A DNA stretch of 32,000 bases from Deinococcus radiodurans R1 = ATCC 13939 = DSM 20539 (GCF_000008565.1 NC_001263.1:2383347-2415346); one strand, 5' to 3'. Numbered from the stretch's first letter, positions 12,898 through 23,203 are shown. The notes: a model not told the origin generated them from the letters alone. Numbers and translations: made by a program.

Positions 12898-14706
12898 ATG
12901 AAGCTGCCTGCCATGCTCCTCTCATCAGCGCTGCTGCTCGGCTCATGGGCGGCGGCTCAGACAGATCCCTTTTTGCGCGCCGCGCCGGCCCAGGTCAAAC
13001 CGACGGTGCGCGGCAGCGCGGCAGCGCCCCCCAGCGCTGCTCCCTCCTTCGCCACACCGTCGGCGGCCACGCAGCCGCTGGCCCAGGCCAAGGAAACGAC
13101 TTTCGGAAGCCCGCGCATCAGCGGCACGGCGGAAGCCACCAAACTGGTGTTCGACCTGCCCAAGGGCATGACCTACACGCTGGTGCCGACCTTCGGCGGC
13201 CTGCGGATCGACGTGGGCGGGGTGCGGGTGGCTCCGGCCTCGTCGCTGCGGCTGGCCGAGAACCTCACCGAGTACCGCGCCAACAACGGGCAGATCATCA
13301 TGGGCACGCCCTTTCCCCTGTCGCTGAGCGACGGCTGGCGGGCGACCGAGGCGACCATCGCCAACGGCAACCGGGTGCTGATCGTCGAACTCGGCTCGCA
13401 ACTGCGCGGCGGGGCCGGCAACGTGGGCGGGCGGGTGCTCGCCGCGGCGCCTGCCGACCCGCGTGCCCAGGCGAGCTTGCAGGCCCCGGTGCCGGTGACC
13501 GACACGGCGGCGAGCAGCGCCCTCACCAGCCACCTCCCCCCCGGCGACAGCGTCAAGCAGCAGCCCGCCACCCCGCCGGCGCCCCTGGCCCCGCTGCCCG
13601 GCGCCGATACCGCCCGCCCCAGCGCGCTGGTGGGCCGCATGCCCGGCTCGCTGAGCAGCGGCGCCACCGTAACCACGCCGCGTATCGGCAAGAACCCCGG
13701 CGTGACCCGCATGGTCCTCGACCTGCCGCCGGGCGCGGGCTACCGCATCGTGCCGGGCACGGTGGGGCTGCGCGTCGAACTGCTCGGCGTGGGCCTGGGC
13801 GACGCCAACACCAACGAGCAGAACACCTCCGCCGAGGTCCGCGCCTGGCGCTACGAGCCCTCCGCCGAAGGGGTCAACCTCAGCATCGTGACCGGCTCGC
13901 CGACCACCTCGCGCAGCGGCTGGCGGGCGCAGGTGCTGCCGCCGCTCAACAGCGAGCGCTCGCGGTTGGTGCTCGACATTTCTCCGGCGATGGCGAACCT
14001 GACTCCGCTTTCGCCCCGCGACAAGGTGCTCGCCGCTGTGCCCCCCATGACGGCGAGCAGCGGCGCGGCGGTGCTGTCGCTGCGGGCGGCCTCGGTGCGG
14101 CCCCGCGTGATCATCGACCCCGGTCACGGCGGCAAGGACCCCGGCGCCACCGGAGCGATCACCGAAAAGGACGTGACCCTCGACGTGGCGCGGCGGGTGC
14201 GTGACCTGCTCGTCGCCGCCGGGGTGGACGCCGTGCTGACGCGCGAAACCGACCGCGAACTGCACCCCGACAAGAACACCGACCTGCAAATGCGCGCCAA
14301 GATGGGCACCCCCGGCACCCAGATGTTCGTGAGCATCCATGTCAACGCCACCGAAGCCAGCGCCGCGCTCGCGGGCTACGGCATCGAAACGTGGTGGAAT
14401 CCCAACCACGCGCTGTCCTACCAGCTCGCCACCGTCTTGCAGCGCGACATGGTCGACGTGACCGGCGCCTTCGACCGGGGCATCAAGGGCTACCGCTCGC
14501 TGAGCGTGCTGCGCAACAGCCGCATCCCGGCGGCGCTGGTCGAGATCGGCTTTACCAGCCACCCCGTCGACGGCCAGAACCTCGCCGACAACAACTACCT
14601 CGACCGCGTGGCGATGGGCATCGCTTCCGGCATCCGCGACGCGCTGATGACCGGCGTGAGCGCCGCAGGCAAACCGGCGGCGTCGGCGGTGGGCGGCGGA
14701 CCGTAA
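12898..14706 (+). CDS. N-acetylmuramoyl-L-alanine amidase (Amidase_3) with signal peptide and AMIN-like repeats
   Basis: 602 aa. Signal peptide MKLPAMLLSSALLLGSWAAAQ. Three AMIN-like modules (TKLVFDLPKG..., TRMVLDLPPG..., SRLVLDISP...). The C-terminal catalytic domain has IIDPGHGGKDPGA and SIHVNA. Confidence 0.93.
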   Translation: MKLPAMLLSSALLLGSWAAAQTDPFLRAAPAQVKPTVRGSAAAPPSAAPSFATPSAATQPLAQAKETTFGSPRISGTAEATKLVFDLPKGMTYTLVPTFGGLRIDVGGVRVAPASSLRLAENLTEYRANNGQIIMGTPFPLSLSDGWRATEATIANGNRVLIVELGSQLRGGAGNVGGRVLAAAPADPRAQASLQAPVPVTDTAASSALTSHLPPGDSVKQQPATPPAPLAPLPGADTARPSALVGRMPGSLSSGATVTTPRIGKNPGVTRMVLDLPPGAGYRIVPGTVGLRVELLGVGLGDANTNEQNTSAEVRAWRYEPSAEGVNLSIVTGSPTTSRSGWRAQVLPPLNSERSRLVLDISPAMANLTPLSPRDKVLAAVPPMTASSGAAVLSLRAASVRPRVIIDPGHGGKDPGATGAITEKDVTLDVARRVRDLLVAAGVDAVLTRETDRELHPDKNTDLQMRAKMGTPGTQMFVSIHVNATEASAALAGYGIETWWNPNHALSYQLATVLQRDMVDVTGAFDRGIKGYRSLSVLRNSRIPAALVEIGFTSHPVDGQNLADNNYLDRVAMGIASGIRDALMTGVSAAGKPAASAVGGGP

Positions 14707-14725
14707 GGGCAGGCAGTCCGCACCA

Positions 14726-14765
14726 AAAAATCTGGCCCCTGCACTGAGCTGAGGGCCAGATTTTT
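14726..14765. terminator. Bidirectional rho-independent terminator between the convergent amidase and antiporter genes
   Basis: Perfect 13-bp stem, aaaaatctggccc (14726-14738) and gggccagattttt (14753-14765), with a 14-nt loop. A/T runs on both sides. Confidence 0.7.
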
Positions 14766-14773
14766 CGGTGACG

Positions 14774-16102
<1,329 letters not shown>

Positions 16103-16109
16103 GTCTGTT

Positions 16110-16115
16110 ACTCTA
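16110..16115 (-). promoter_or_regulatory. -10 box TAGAGT for a leaderless antiporter mRNA
   Basis: The complement of actcta lies 7 nt upstream of the ATG at 16102. Confidence 0.4.
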
Positions 16116-16154
16116 GGCGCTTCCAGGCGGAAACAAACCCACGTCCACATCCGG

Positions 16155-16181
16155 CACTTAATGACAGGGCGTCATTAAGTG
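16155..16181. promoter_or_regulatory. Perfect palindromic operator (11-bp arms, 5-bp spacer) between the divergent antiporter and TetR genes
   Basis: CACTTAATGAC-agggc-GTCATTAAGTG. It ends 1 nt before the TetR -10 box (16183-16188). Confidence 0.6.
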
Positions 16182-16182
16182 T

Positions 16183-16188
16183 TACACT
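16183..16188 (+). promoter_or_regulatory. -10 box TACACT for a leaderless TetR mRNA
   Basis: TACACT lies 7 nt upstream of the ATG at 16196. Confidence 0.45.
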
Positions 16189-16195
16189 TCGAAAT

Positions 16196-16792
16196 ATGCC
16201 TGAACCCCGTCGCCGCCTGAGTGCGGAAGTCCGCCGTGAACAGATTCTGGAAGTCGCCTCGCAACTGTTTATCGAACGCGGCTTCGAGAACGTCAAGATG
16301 GCCGATATCGCCGAGCACCTCCAGACCTCGCGGCCCAACATCTACACCTACTACCCCTCGACCGAAGCGATTCTCGACATTCTGCTCGAACGCCGAATGG
16401 GGGACTGGCTGCAAGAAGTCGACCGGCGGGTCGCCGACAACAGCCTCTTTCCGCCCGACGACATGCTGCGCGCCCTGCTCGAGCACCGCGAACTGCTGCT
16501 GCTGCTCTACAGCGGCGGCGGCCCGCGCTTTCAGTCCCGTCGGCAGCGGGTGCTCGATTCGCTCGACCAGCACACCTACAACTACCTGCCCAGCAATGTC
16601 ACGGAGGCGAACCCCGACCTGATTCTGGTGCAGCGCACGCTGGTGCTCTCCACCGCCCACGAACTGCTGCTGCACCCCGAGTACGACCGCGAACAGATCG
16701 GGCAACTCCTCAACATTATGTTGGTTTCGGCCTTCAAGGAACGGGTGCCTGATATCGACGAACAGATTCAGGCCAAGCACAGCCGCGCCTGA
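16196..16792 (+). CDS. TetR/AcrR-family transcriptional regulator
   Basis: Internal start MPEPRRRLSAEVRREQILEVASQLFIERGFENVKMADIAEHLQTSRPNIYTYY (TetR HTH) of track ORF 15833..16792. The upstream part of that ORF is antisense to the antiporter gene. Confidence 0.9.
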   Translation: MPEPRRRLSAEVRREQILEVASQLFIERGFENVKMADIAEHLQTSRPNIYTYYPSTEAILDILLERRMGDWLQEVDRRVADNSLFPPDDMLRALLEHRELLLLLYSGGGPRFQSRRQRVLDSLDQHTYNYLPSNVTEANPDLILVQRTLVLSTAHELLLHPEYDREQIGQLLNIMLVSAFKERVPDIDEQIQAKHSRA

Positions 16793-16842
16793 GCTCAGCC
16801 TTTCTGAACGCCGCCCCTTTGAGCGCAGTTTCCCTCTGCCGC

Positions 16843-17649
<807 letters not shown>

Positions 17650-17656
17650 GAAGCGC

Positions 17657-17662
17657 AGGGTA
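17657..17662 (-). promoter_or_regulatory. -10 box TACCCT for a leaderless surE
   Basis: The complement of agggta lies 7 nt upstream of the ATG at 17649. Confidence 0.4.
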
Positions 17663-17700
17663 GCGCGGGGCCGTCTGCCCTCCTCCGGGGTCTACGGGGC

Positions 17701-17706
17701 TACCCT
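17701..17706 (+). promoter_or_regulatory. -10-like TACCCT upstream of the PPOX-family gene
   Basis: 9 nt upstream of the ATG at 17716. Confidence 0.35.
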
Positions 17707-17715
17707 GGGGGCACC

Positions 17716-18318
17716 ATGACCGTCATTCGAACGCTGGAAGACCTCGAAAGCCTGTTCGGGGAAGTGGGGGCTCCCTCGCTCCAGAAGGAAACAGACGTGC
17801 TGCACTCGGTGTACCGCCAGTGGCTGGAGGCCGCCCCCTTCGCGGTGCTGGCGACCTCGGGCCCGGGCGGTCTGGACGCTTCGCCGCGCGGGGACCCGGC
17901 GCCGCTGGTGCGCGTGACCGACGAGCGCACCCTGCTGCTGCCCGAGCGCCGGGGCAACAACCGCATCGACAGCCTGCGTAACCTGCTGAGCGACCCCCGG
18001 GTGGGCCTGCTTTTTTTCATTCCCGGCGTGAACGAGACGCTGCGGGTCAACGGCACCGCCCGCATCCTGACCACGCCGGACCTGCTCGCCTCCTTCGCCC
18101 AGGACGGCAAGCTGCCGAAATGCGTGCTGGAAATCACGGTAGACACGGTCTTTTTCCAGTGCGGGCGGGCCATGCTGCGCTCGGTGCTGTGGACCGGGCC
18201 GTCGGCGGCTGAGGTGCCCACCCCCGGCGCGATGCTGGCCGCCCTGACCCGCGGCGAGGTGGACGGCGCGGACTACGACGCTGCCCTGCCGCAGCGGCAA
18301 CGCGACACGCTGTACTGA
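17716..18318 (+). CDS. Pyridoxamine 5'-phosphate oxidase-family FMN-binding protein
   Basis: Internal start MTVIRTLEDLESLFG... of track ORF 16819..18318, whose upstream part is antisense to surE. Split-barrel pattern: FAVLATSGPGGLDASPRGD, LLLPERRGNNRIDSLRN, GLLFFIPG. Confidence 0.85.
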   Translation: MTVIRTLEDLESLFGEVGAPSLQKETDVLHSVYRQWLEAAPFAVLATSGPGGLDASPRGDPAPLVRVTDERTLLLPERRGNNRIDSLRNLLSDPRVGLLFFIPGVNETLRVNGTARILTTPDLLASFAQDGKLPKCVLEITVDTVFFQCGRAMLRSVLWTGPSAAEVPTPGAMLAALTRGEVDGADYDAALPQRQRDTLY

Positions 18319-18348
18319 GCCGCCTGCCCCATTCAGGCCCCGGCCCGC

Positions 18349-19283
18349 TCACCACCACCCGCGCCGCTTGAACCAGTAGGTCAGCAGCCCGCCGATGAGC
18401 AGGAATGTCAGCCAGGCAAAGGCGTAGCCGTAACGGGTGGCGAGCTCGGGCATGTGCTGAAACTTCATGCCCCACACCCCGGCGAGGAAGGTGAGCGGCA
18501 GAAACACCACGCTCACGGAGGTCAGCGTCCGCATCACCTCGTTCATGCGCTGGCCCTGAAGGGCGAGGTGCAGGTCGAGCAGGCTGCTGAGCGACTCGCG
18601 CAGGCCGTCGAGGCGGCTGCCCACCCGGGTAAAGCTGTCCTGCACGTCGCGGTAACGGACCTGTTCAGCAGCGGTAGAGGCCTGCCGGCCCAGCAGCGCG
18701 CTCGCCTCGCGGGCGTCGGTCGTCAGCCGCCGCGCCTGCCCCAGCAGATGCTTGAGGTCGAACACCGGCTCCACCGGGTTGAAGCGGGGGCTGCGGAAAA
18801 TCTGTTCTTCCAGCGCGTCCACCTGCGCTTCGAGCGCGTCGGCGGCGAGAAAAAAGCCGTCGGCGGTCTGGTCGAGCAGCTCGTAGGTGACCTCCTGCGC
18901 GGTGTTGACCGTCTCGCGCCCCACCAGCGCCCACACCGTCCCGAGGGCCCGCGTGCCGCTGCGGCTGTGGGTGAGCACCGCCCCGTGCGGGCTGTCCGTG
19001 CGCGGGGGAAAGGCGAAGATGCTGACGCGCTCGGTGAACTCGTCGGGCTGCTCGGGGTGGGCGAACTGCGCACCGTCACGAAGGTGTGCTCGGGGTACTG
19101 CTCGGCGCGGGTCCAGTGGCCCTGCTCCAGCGCGTCTTCCAGCGCCAGCCGGTTGAGCGGAAAAGCGGCCTGCAAGCGGGCGAGTTCCTCGGCGGTGGGG
19201 TCTTGCGCGTCCACCCACACGTCCGCCGTCTGCCCATCCCAGTTCAGTTCCTGACCACTGGCGAGGTCCTTGGCACGAATCAT
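18349..19283 (-). pseudogene. corA: CorA-family Mg2+/Co2+ transporter interrupted by a -1 frame break near 19060-19080; the signature reads GMK instead of GMN
   Basis: The N-terminal part ([17 protein letters not shown]...[12 protein letters not shown]) is in the frame of track ORF 18723..19754. The C-terminal part ([12 protein letters not shown]...[22 protein letters not shown]...WFKRRGWW) is in the frame of ORF 18349..19326. The span is 935 nt (3n+2). Confidence 0.8.
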
Positions 19284-19290
19284 GGGGCTC

Positions 19291-19296
19291 AGGGTA
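19291..19296 (-). promoter_or_regulatory. -10 box TACCCT for a leaderless corA
   Basis: The complement of agggta lies 7 nt upstream of the ATG at 19283. Confidence 0.4.
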
Positions 19297-19346
19297 GAGC
19301 GCGCCGCAGGGCAGTGGGGCTGACAATAAAGCGGCACACTGAGCGC

Positions 19347-19613
19347 ATGACCGATTCCGAACGTGACAGCGCCCCGCCCGTCGCCGCCGAACTTAGCGTG
19401 CACGCCGACGAACACGCCGAGAGCCGCGAGGTCGTGGCCGAGCAGGGCCCGCCCCCCGCCGACTTCGCGCAGCGCCCTGCCAGTGGAGTGTCCGCCAACT
19501 CGGGCCAGAGCCTGAGCGCCGAGCAGGTCGCGGCCCTGACCGGCGGCGATACGGAAACTGCCGACATCAACGCTGCGCTTAAGGACGCCGAAGGGATAGA
19601 CCCCAGCAACTGA
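19347..19613 (+). CDS. Small acidic hypothetical protein (88 aa)
   Basis: Internal start [16 protein letters not shown]... of track ORF 19086..19613. GC-rich third positions. CACACT lies 6 nt upstream of the ATG. No recognisable domain. Confidence 0.5.
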   Translation: MTDSERDSAPPVAAELSVHADEHAESREVVAEQGPPPADFAQRPASGVSANSGQSLSAEQVAALTGGDTETADINAALKDAEGIDPSN

Positions 19614-19637
19614 GCGCCCAGACCGGCGCGGCGGGGC

Positions 19638-19643
19638 TATCCT
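19638..19643 (+). promoter_or_regulatory. -10 box TATCCT for a leaderless MmcQ/YjbR gene
   Basis: 7 nt upstream of the ATG at 19651. Confidence 0.4.
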
Positions 19644-19650
19644 CGGCCTC

Positions 19651-20049
19651 ATGCAGACGCCCATGCAAACCGTAGACGACCTGCGCAGCGTGTGCGACGA
19701 GTTGCCGCATTCGCTCGAAACCTTCCCTTTCGACGACGAAACGCTGGTCTTCAAGGTCGGCTACCTCTCCAAGTCCCGCATGTACGCCCTGACCGACATC
19801 ACCCAGGACCCGCTGCGCCTGAGCCTGAAAGTGGACCCCGAGCGCGGAGAGGAACTGCGGCAGGCGCACCCGCAGAGCATCGCGCCGGGGTATCACCTGA
19901 ACAAAAAGCACTGGGTGACGGTCACGCTGGACGGCACGGTGCCTGCTGAACTGCTCGGCGAGCTGCTGCGCGGGAGTTACCTGCTGGTGACGAAGAAGGG
20001 CTTCACGAAGGCGGAACGGAAAGAATTGGGGCTGCCTGACAGCCTGTAA
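19651..20049 (+). CDS. MmcQ/YjbR-family DNA-binding protein
   Basis: 132 aa. [17 protein letters not shown] and [13 protein letters not shown] are typical of the YjbR fold family. Confidence 0.85.
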   Translation: MQTPMQTVDDLRSVCDELPHSLETFPFDDETLVFKVGYLSKSRMYALTDITQDPLRLSLKVDPERGEELRQAHPQSIAPGYHLNKKHWVTVTLDGTVPAELLGELLRGSYLLVTKKGFTKAERKELGLPDSL

Positions 20050-20084
20050 GACTCTGGACAGCGGCGGCTGGCAACCCTGAAAGC

Positions 20085-20480
20085 ATGACCTTTCAGATGG
20101 CGTTTGGGTTTCTGCTGATTGCGCTGGCCCTCTTCTGGGTCGGACTGCTGCTCTGGACCCAACCCCGCTCAACACAACCACGTTCAACCCAATCCCGTTC
20201 AACACAGACCCGTTCAACACAGACCCGTTCAAGCTCGCCACGCCCCACACCGCCCCGCCAAGCGCCTCCCTCCTCCACCCCAGAACCCCGCATTCCAGTC
20301 AAGCCCATCCCCACCGGGGGTGACGAACAGCTCTGGCGCGAGAAGCTGCTGACCATCACACGGGGGAACGTCGGGGCCATCGAGCGCGGAGTGGCGGCCA
20401 AACGGCAACGGTTTCCGCAGCTCCCTGAGGCCGAACTGCTCAAACTGCTTTACGAGGAATACCTGCGCGACCGCCGCTGA
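20085..20480 (+). CDS. Membrane-anchored hypothetical protein with a pentapeptide (QPRST-like) tandem repeat linker
   Basis: 131 aa. N-terminal TM helix FGFLLIALALFWVGLLLW, then five PRSTQ-type repeats, a Pro-rich stretch and a helical C-terminal domain. Confidence 0.6.
   Translation: MTFQMAFGFLLIALALFWVGLLLWTQPRSTQPRSTQSRSTQTRSTQTRSSSPRPTPPRQAPPSSTPEPRIPVKPIPTGGDEQLWREKLLTITRGNVGAIERGVAAKRQRFPQLPEAELLKLLYEEYLRDRR
20164..20238 (+). repeat. Five tandem 15-bp units inside the 20085 gene
   Basis: Units cccgctcaacacaac, cacgttcaacccaat, cccgttcaacacaga, cccgttcaacacaga, cccgttcaagctcgc. Units 3 and 4 are identical. In frame. Confidence 0.85.
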
Positions 20481-20503
20481 AGCGGTCCTGCGCGGAGCGC
20501 CCC

Positions 20504-20509
20504 TACACT
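20504..20509 (+). promoter_or_regulatory. -10 box TACACT for a leaderless 20517 gene
   Basis: 7 nt upstream of the ATG at 20517. Confidence 0.4.
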
Positions 20510-20516
20510 GGCGGGC

Positions 20517-20855
20517 ATGAACCCGACCATCAACCTCGGCAGCGGCACCGGCCTCGTTCTCGGCGTGGTGGCAGCGGGCCTGATTCTCGGCTACGGCGTG
20601 TGGACCGGGCAGCGCGACGCGGGCCTGCGCGCAGCCCTGGGCGTGCTGCTCACCACGCTGCTGTGTGGACTGCCGCCTCTGCTGCTGGCGACCTTCCCGA
20701 TGGTGGGCTTTTTCCTGAACGGGTCGCGGGTCGGGGTGACCCTGCGCCTGTTTGTGCTGAGTGCGCTTTCGCTCGCGCTGGCCTTCTTGCCGCTGCTGGT
20801 CGCCGCGAACTGGCTGGAAGTGCTCCGGCGCCCGTCGGCATGGGAACGGCAATAG
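20517..20855 (+). CDS. Hypothetical integral membrane protein (112 aa, ~3-4 TM)
   Basis: Hydrophobic segments (LVLGVVAAGLILGYGVW, LLTTLLCGLPPLLLATFPMVGFF, LFVLSALSLALAFLPLLVAA). GC3 bias. No family recognised. Confidence 0.55.
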   Translation: MNPTINLGSGTGLVLGVVAAGLILGYGVWTGQRDAGLRAALGVLLTTLLCGLPPLLLATFPMVGFFLNGSRVGVTLRLFVLSALSLALAFLPLLVAANWLEVLRRPSAWERQ

Positions 20856-21074
20856 GTTGCCGCTCCCGCCCTAGCGGGTATCCACCGTGCGTGAGGAGCC
20901 TACACGTTTCACCAGTCCAGCCTCGACCTTTTTGGCTCTCCAGAGCAGGCCGGTATGCACCATCATCCGGCGCGGCGGGCAGCAGACGAACACGGCGCGG
21001 GTGCCCAGCAGTTCCCGGGGCGTCGCGTCTGGCCCCAGGCGAAGTTCCTGAATCTCGCTCCACGACGCCCGCGC

Positions 21075-21368
21075 TCACCACAGCCCGTAAAACAGGTCGG
21101 TGCATTCCACCCCGTCATCATCCACCACCAGCCGCAGGGTCAGCAGCCCCAGGGACAGCCAGATATGCGCCAGCCCTATGAGCACCGCTAAGAGCGCGTC
21201 ATACCAGGGAATATCGCCCTGGCTCTGGCGCAGCGCTTCGAAACAGCCCCAGGCGATGAGGGCCCACATCGGCCCAATCGTCAGCAGGGGCAAAGGATGG
21301 ATAAAGCACGTCTGACGACCGGACGGCGGCGAATTCGGGAACTTCGGAGGCACGGGCGGGAGGCTCAT
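21075..21368 (-). CDS. Small membrane protein (97 aa) translationally coupled to the ABC exporter. It appears to be the N-terminal part of a PH-like (bPH) protein cut by an in-frame TGA
   Basis: The start MSLPPVPPKF... overlaps the ABC stop (ATGA at 21365-21368). Two TM helices, then LRLVVDDDGVECTDLFYGLW-stop. The same frame continues with coding-like sequence to a TAG at 20871. Confidence 0.6.
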   Translation of the reverse strand: MSLPPVPPKFPNSPPSGRQTCFIHPLPLLTIGPMWALIAWGCFEALRQSQGDIPWYDALLAVLIGLAHIWLSLGLLTLRLVVDDDGVECTDLFYGLW

Positions 21369-23188
21369 GCACTCACCGGGCTCTCGGCGTACTGGCTCGC
21401 TTGCAGTTCCCACAGCTCGGCATATTCGCCGCCGCGCGTCAGCAGTTCGGTGTGGGTGCCGTCTTCGATGAGGCGGCCCCGCTTCATCACCAGCACGCGG
21501 TCGGCCATCAGCACGCTGCCGAGGCGGTGGGTGATGAGCAGGGTGGTGCGGCCCTGCGAAAGAGCGGCGAAGGCGTCGAAGACTTCCTTTTCACTGCGCG
21601 GGTCGAGCGCCGCCGTCGGTTCGTCCAGGATGAGCACGCGGGCCTCGCGGTACAGGGCGCGGGCGGTGGCGAGCTTTTGCCATTGCCCGCCCGAGAGGTC
21701 CACGCCGCCGAACGCCTGCCCGATGCGGGCGTCCAGGCCGCCGTCCACGTGGTTCAGCGCCGCGCCGAGCCCGCTCGCTTCCACCGCGTGCGACAGCTTG
21801 GCCGCGTCCTCAGGCTGGCCGAGGGTCACGTTGTCACGCAGCGTCCACTCGAAGCGGGCAAAGTCCTGAAACACCGCCGCCACCTGCCGCCGCCACGCGT
21901 TCACGTCCAGGTCGCGCAGGTCGGTCTGCTCGCCCGCGCCGCCAATCAGAATCCGGCCTTCCGAGGGGTCGTAAAAGCGCAGCAGCAGCTTGACCAGCGT
22001 GGTCTTCCCCGCCCCGTTTTCCCCCACGATGGCGACGGTCTGTCCCTCGGGAATGGTGAGCGAGAGGTGCTCGATGACCGGCGACTGGCCGCGGTAGCCG
22101 AACGACACGTCCTGCAAGGTCAGCGACAGCTCACGCGGCAGCGGGCGCGGGTCGGGGGCCAGGGTGACGCCGGGGGTGGCGTCGAGAAAACGGTGAAACT
22201 TGGCGAACCAGTTGAGGTGCTCGGTGCCGGTGCTCAGGTACTCCGAAATAGAGCGCAGTTCATCGCGGAGCCCCGCCAGCGCCGTGATGACCAGCACGAC
22301 GCTGCCCGCCGTGTAGGTTCCGTGCTGGGCGCGGTTGACCACATACACGAACAGCCCCGCCGTGACGAGCAGTGACAGCGCCTGATAGGGCAGGATGCCG
22401 AGGAGTTGCTTGTTGCGGACACCGCGCATGGTCTGCTGGTAGGTCAGCGTGCGGCTCAGGTACTGCGACTGCAAGTAGGGCAGCAGGCCGTAGAGCCGCA
22501 CTTCCTTGGCGTACTCGTGGCGCATGGCGACGCGCTGGAGATAGTTGACCTCGCGCGAGTCCTGGGTGCGCTGAATGAAAATGCTCCAGCCGAGCTTGTA
22601 GAACTCCATCTGCTTGAGGAGTGCAGGCAGCATCCCGGCGACCACCACCAGCGGCACCCACCAGCCGATGCTCAGCAGCGTGGCCGACACACTGACCGCA
22701 CTAATCACTGACCGAATGAGATACAGCAGTGTAGACACCAGATTGAGTGGGCGGCGCGGCGCCCCCATCTGCAAAATCTCGATGTCATCGTGGAAGCGGG
22801 GGTCTTCGAGCACGTCCAGACCGGGGAGCTCGCCCATTTTGTTCATCAGCCGCCCCATCGTCTGCACGGTGAAGTGGTCGGCGGCGTAGCCCTGAAGCAC
22901 CTGCGCCCCCACCCCCGTCACCTGCGTCAGCAGCGCCGTGCCTGCCCACGCTGCAGCCAGCAGCGTCAGGTTGGCCTCCCGCCCAGCCAGCGCCGCTCCC
23001 ACGCCGTCCACCGTCCATTTGCCGAGCAGGATGGTCAGCGCGGGCATCAGGCCCTGCACGACCGCCATGCCGAGCATCAGCAGCACCAGCCTGGGAGCGC
23101 TGTGAATCAGGTCGGGCAGGGTGCGGGCCAGAACGGCGAGGAGCTCGCGGTTACTCAGGTCTTCTTTCTGGGGCAGGGGGCGCAGCAT
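21365..23188 (-). CDS. ABC transporter, fused permease/ATPase (exporter type, MsbA-like)
   Basis: Track ORF 21365..23266, preferred start MLRPLPQKEDL (23188). Six-TM domain, then Walker A GENGAGKTT, signature LSGGQWQK and Walker B ILILDEPT. Confidence 0.92.
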   Translation of the reverse strand: MLRPLPQKEDLSNRELLAVLARTLPDLIHSAPRLVLLMLGMAVVQGLMPALTILLGKWTVDGVGAALAGREANLTLLAAAWAGTALLTQVTGVGAQVLQGYAADHFTVQTMGRLMNKMGELPGLDVLEDPRFHDDIEILQMGAPRRPLNLVSTLLYLIRSVISAVSVSATLLSIGWWVPLVVVAGMLPALLKQMEFYKLGWSIFIQRTQDSREVNYLQRVAMRHEYAKEVRLYGLLPYLQSQYLSRTLTYQQTMRGVRNKQLLGILPYQALSLLVTAGLFVYVVNRAQHGTYTAGSVVLVITALAGLRDELRSISEYLSTGTEHLNWFAKFHRFLDATPGVTLAPDPRPLPRELSLTLQDVSFGYRGQSPVIEHLSLTIPEGQTVAIVGENGAGKTTLVKLLLRFYDPSEGRILIGGAGEQTDLRDLDVNAWRRQVAAVFQDFARFEWTLRDNVTLGQPEDAAKLSHAVEASGLGAALNHVDGGLDARIGQAFGGVDLSGGQWQKLATARALYREARVLILDEPTAALDPRSEKEVFDAFAALSQGRTTLLITHRLGSVLMADRVLVMKRGRLIEDGTHTELLTRGGEYAELWELQASQYAESPVSA

Positions 23189-23197
23189 CTGCGCGGC

Positions 23198-23203
23198 AGC
23201 ATA
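23198..23203 (-). promoter_or_regulatory. -10-like TATGCT upstream of the ABC exporter gene
   Basis: The complement of agcata lies 9 nt upstream of the ATG at 23188. Confidence 0.35.

Noticed and set aside
20164-20238. The 15-bp tandem array as a possible CRISPR or regulatory repeat.
   Set aside because: The units are contiguous with no spacers, only 15 bp long, lie inside an ORF in frame, and no cas genes are present.
21075-21077. The in-frame TGA read as selenocysteine or as programmed read-through.
   Set aside because: No SECIS-like hairpin is evident immediately downstream, and I know of no selenoprotein machinery in this lineage. A nonsense mutation or base-call error is more parsimonious. 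It is kept as a finding only as a gene lesion.
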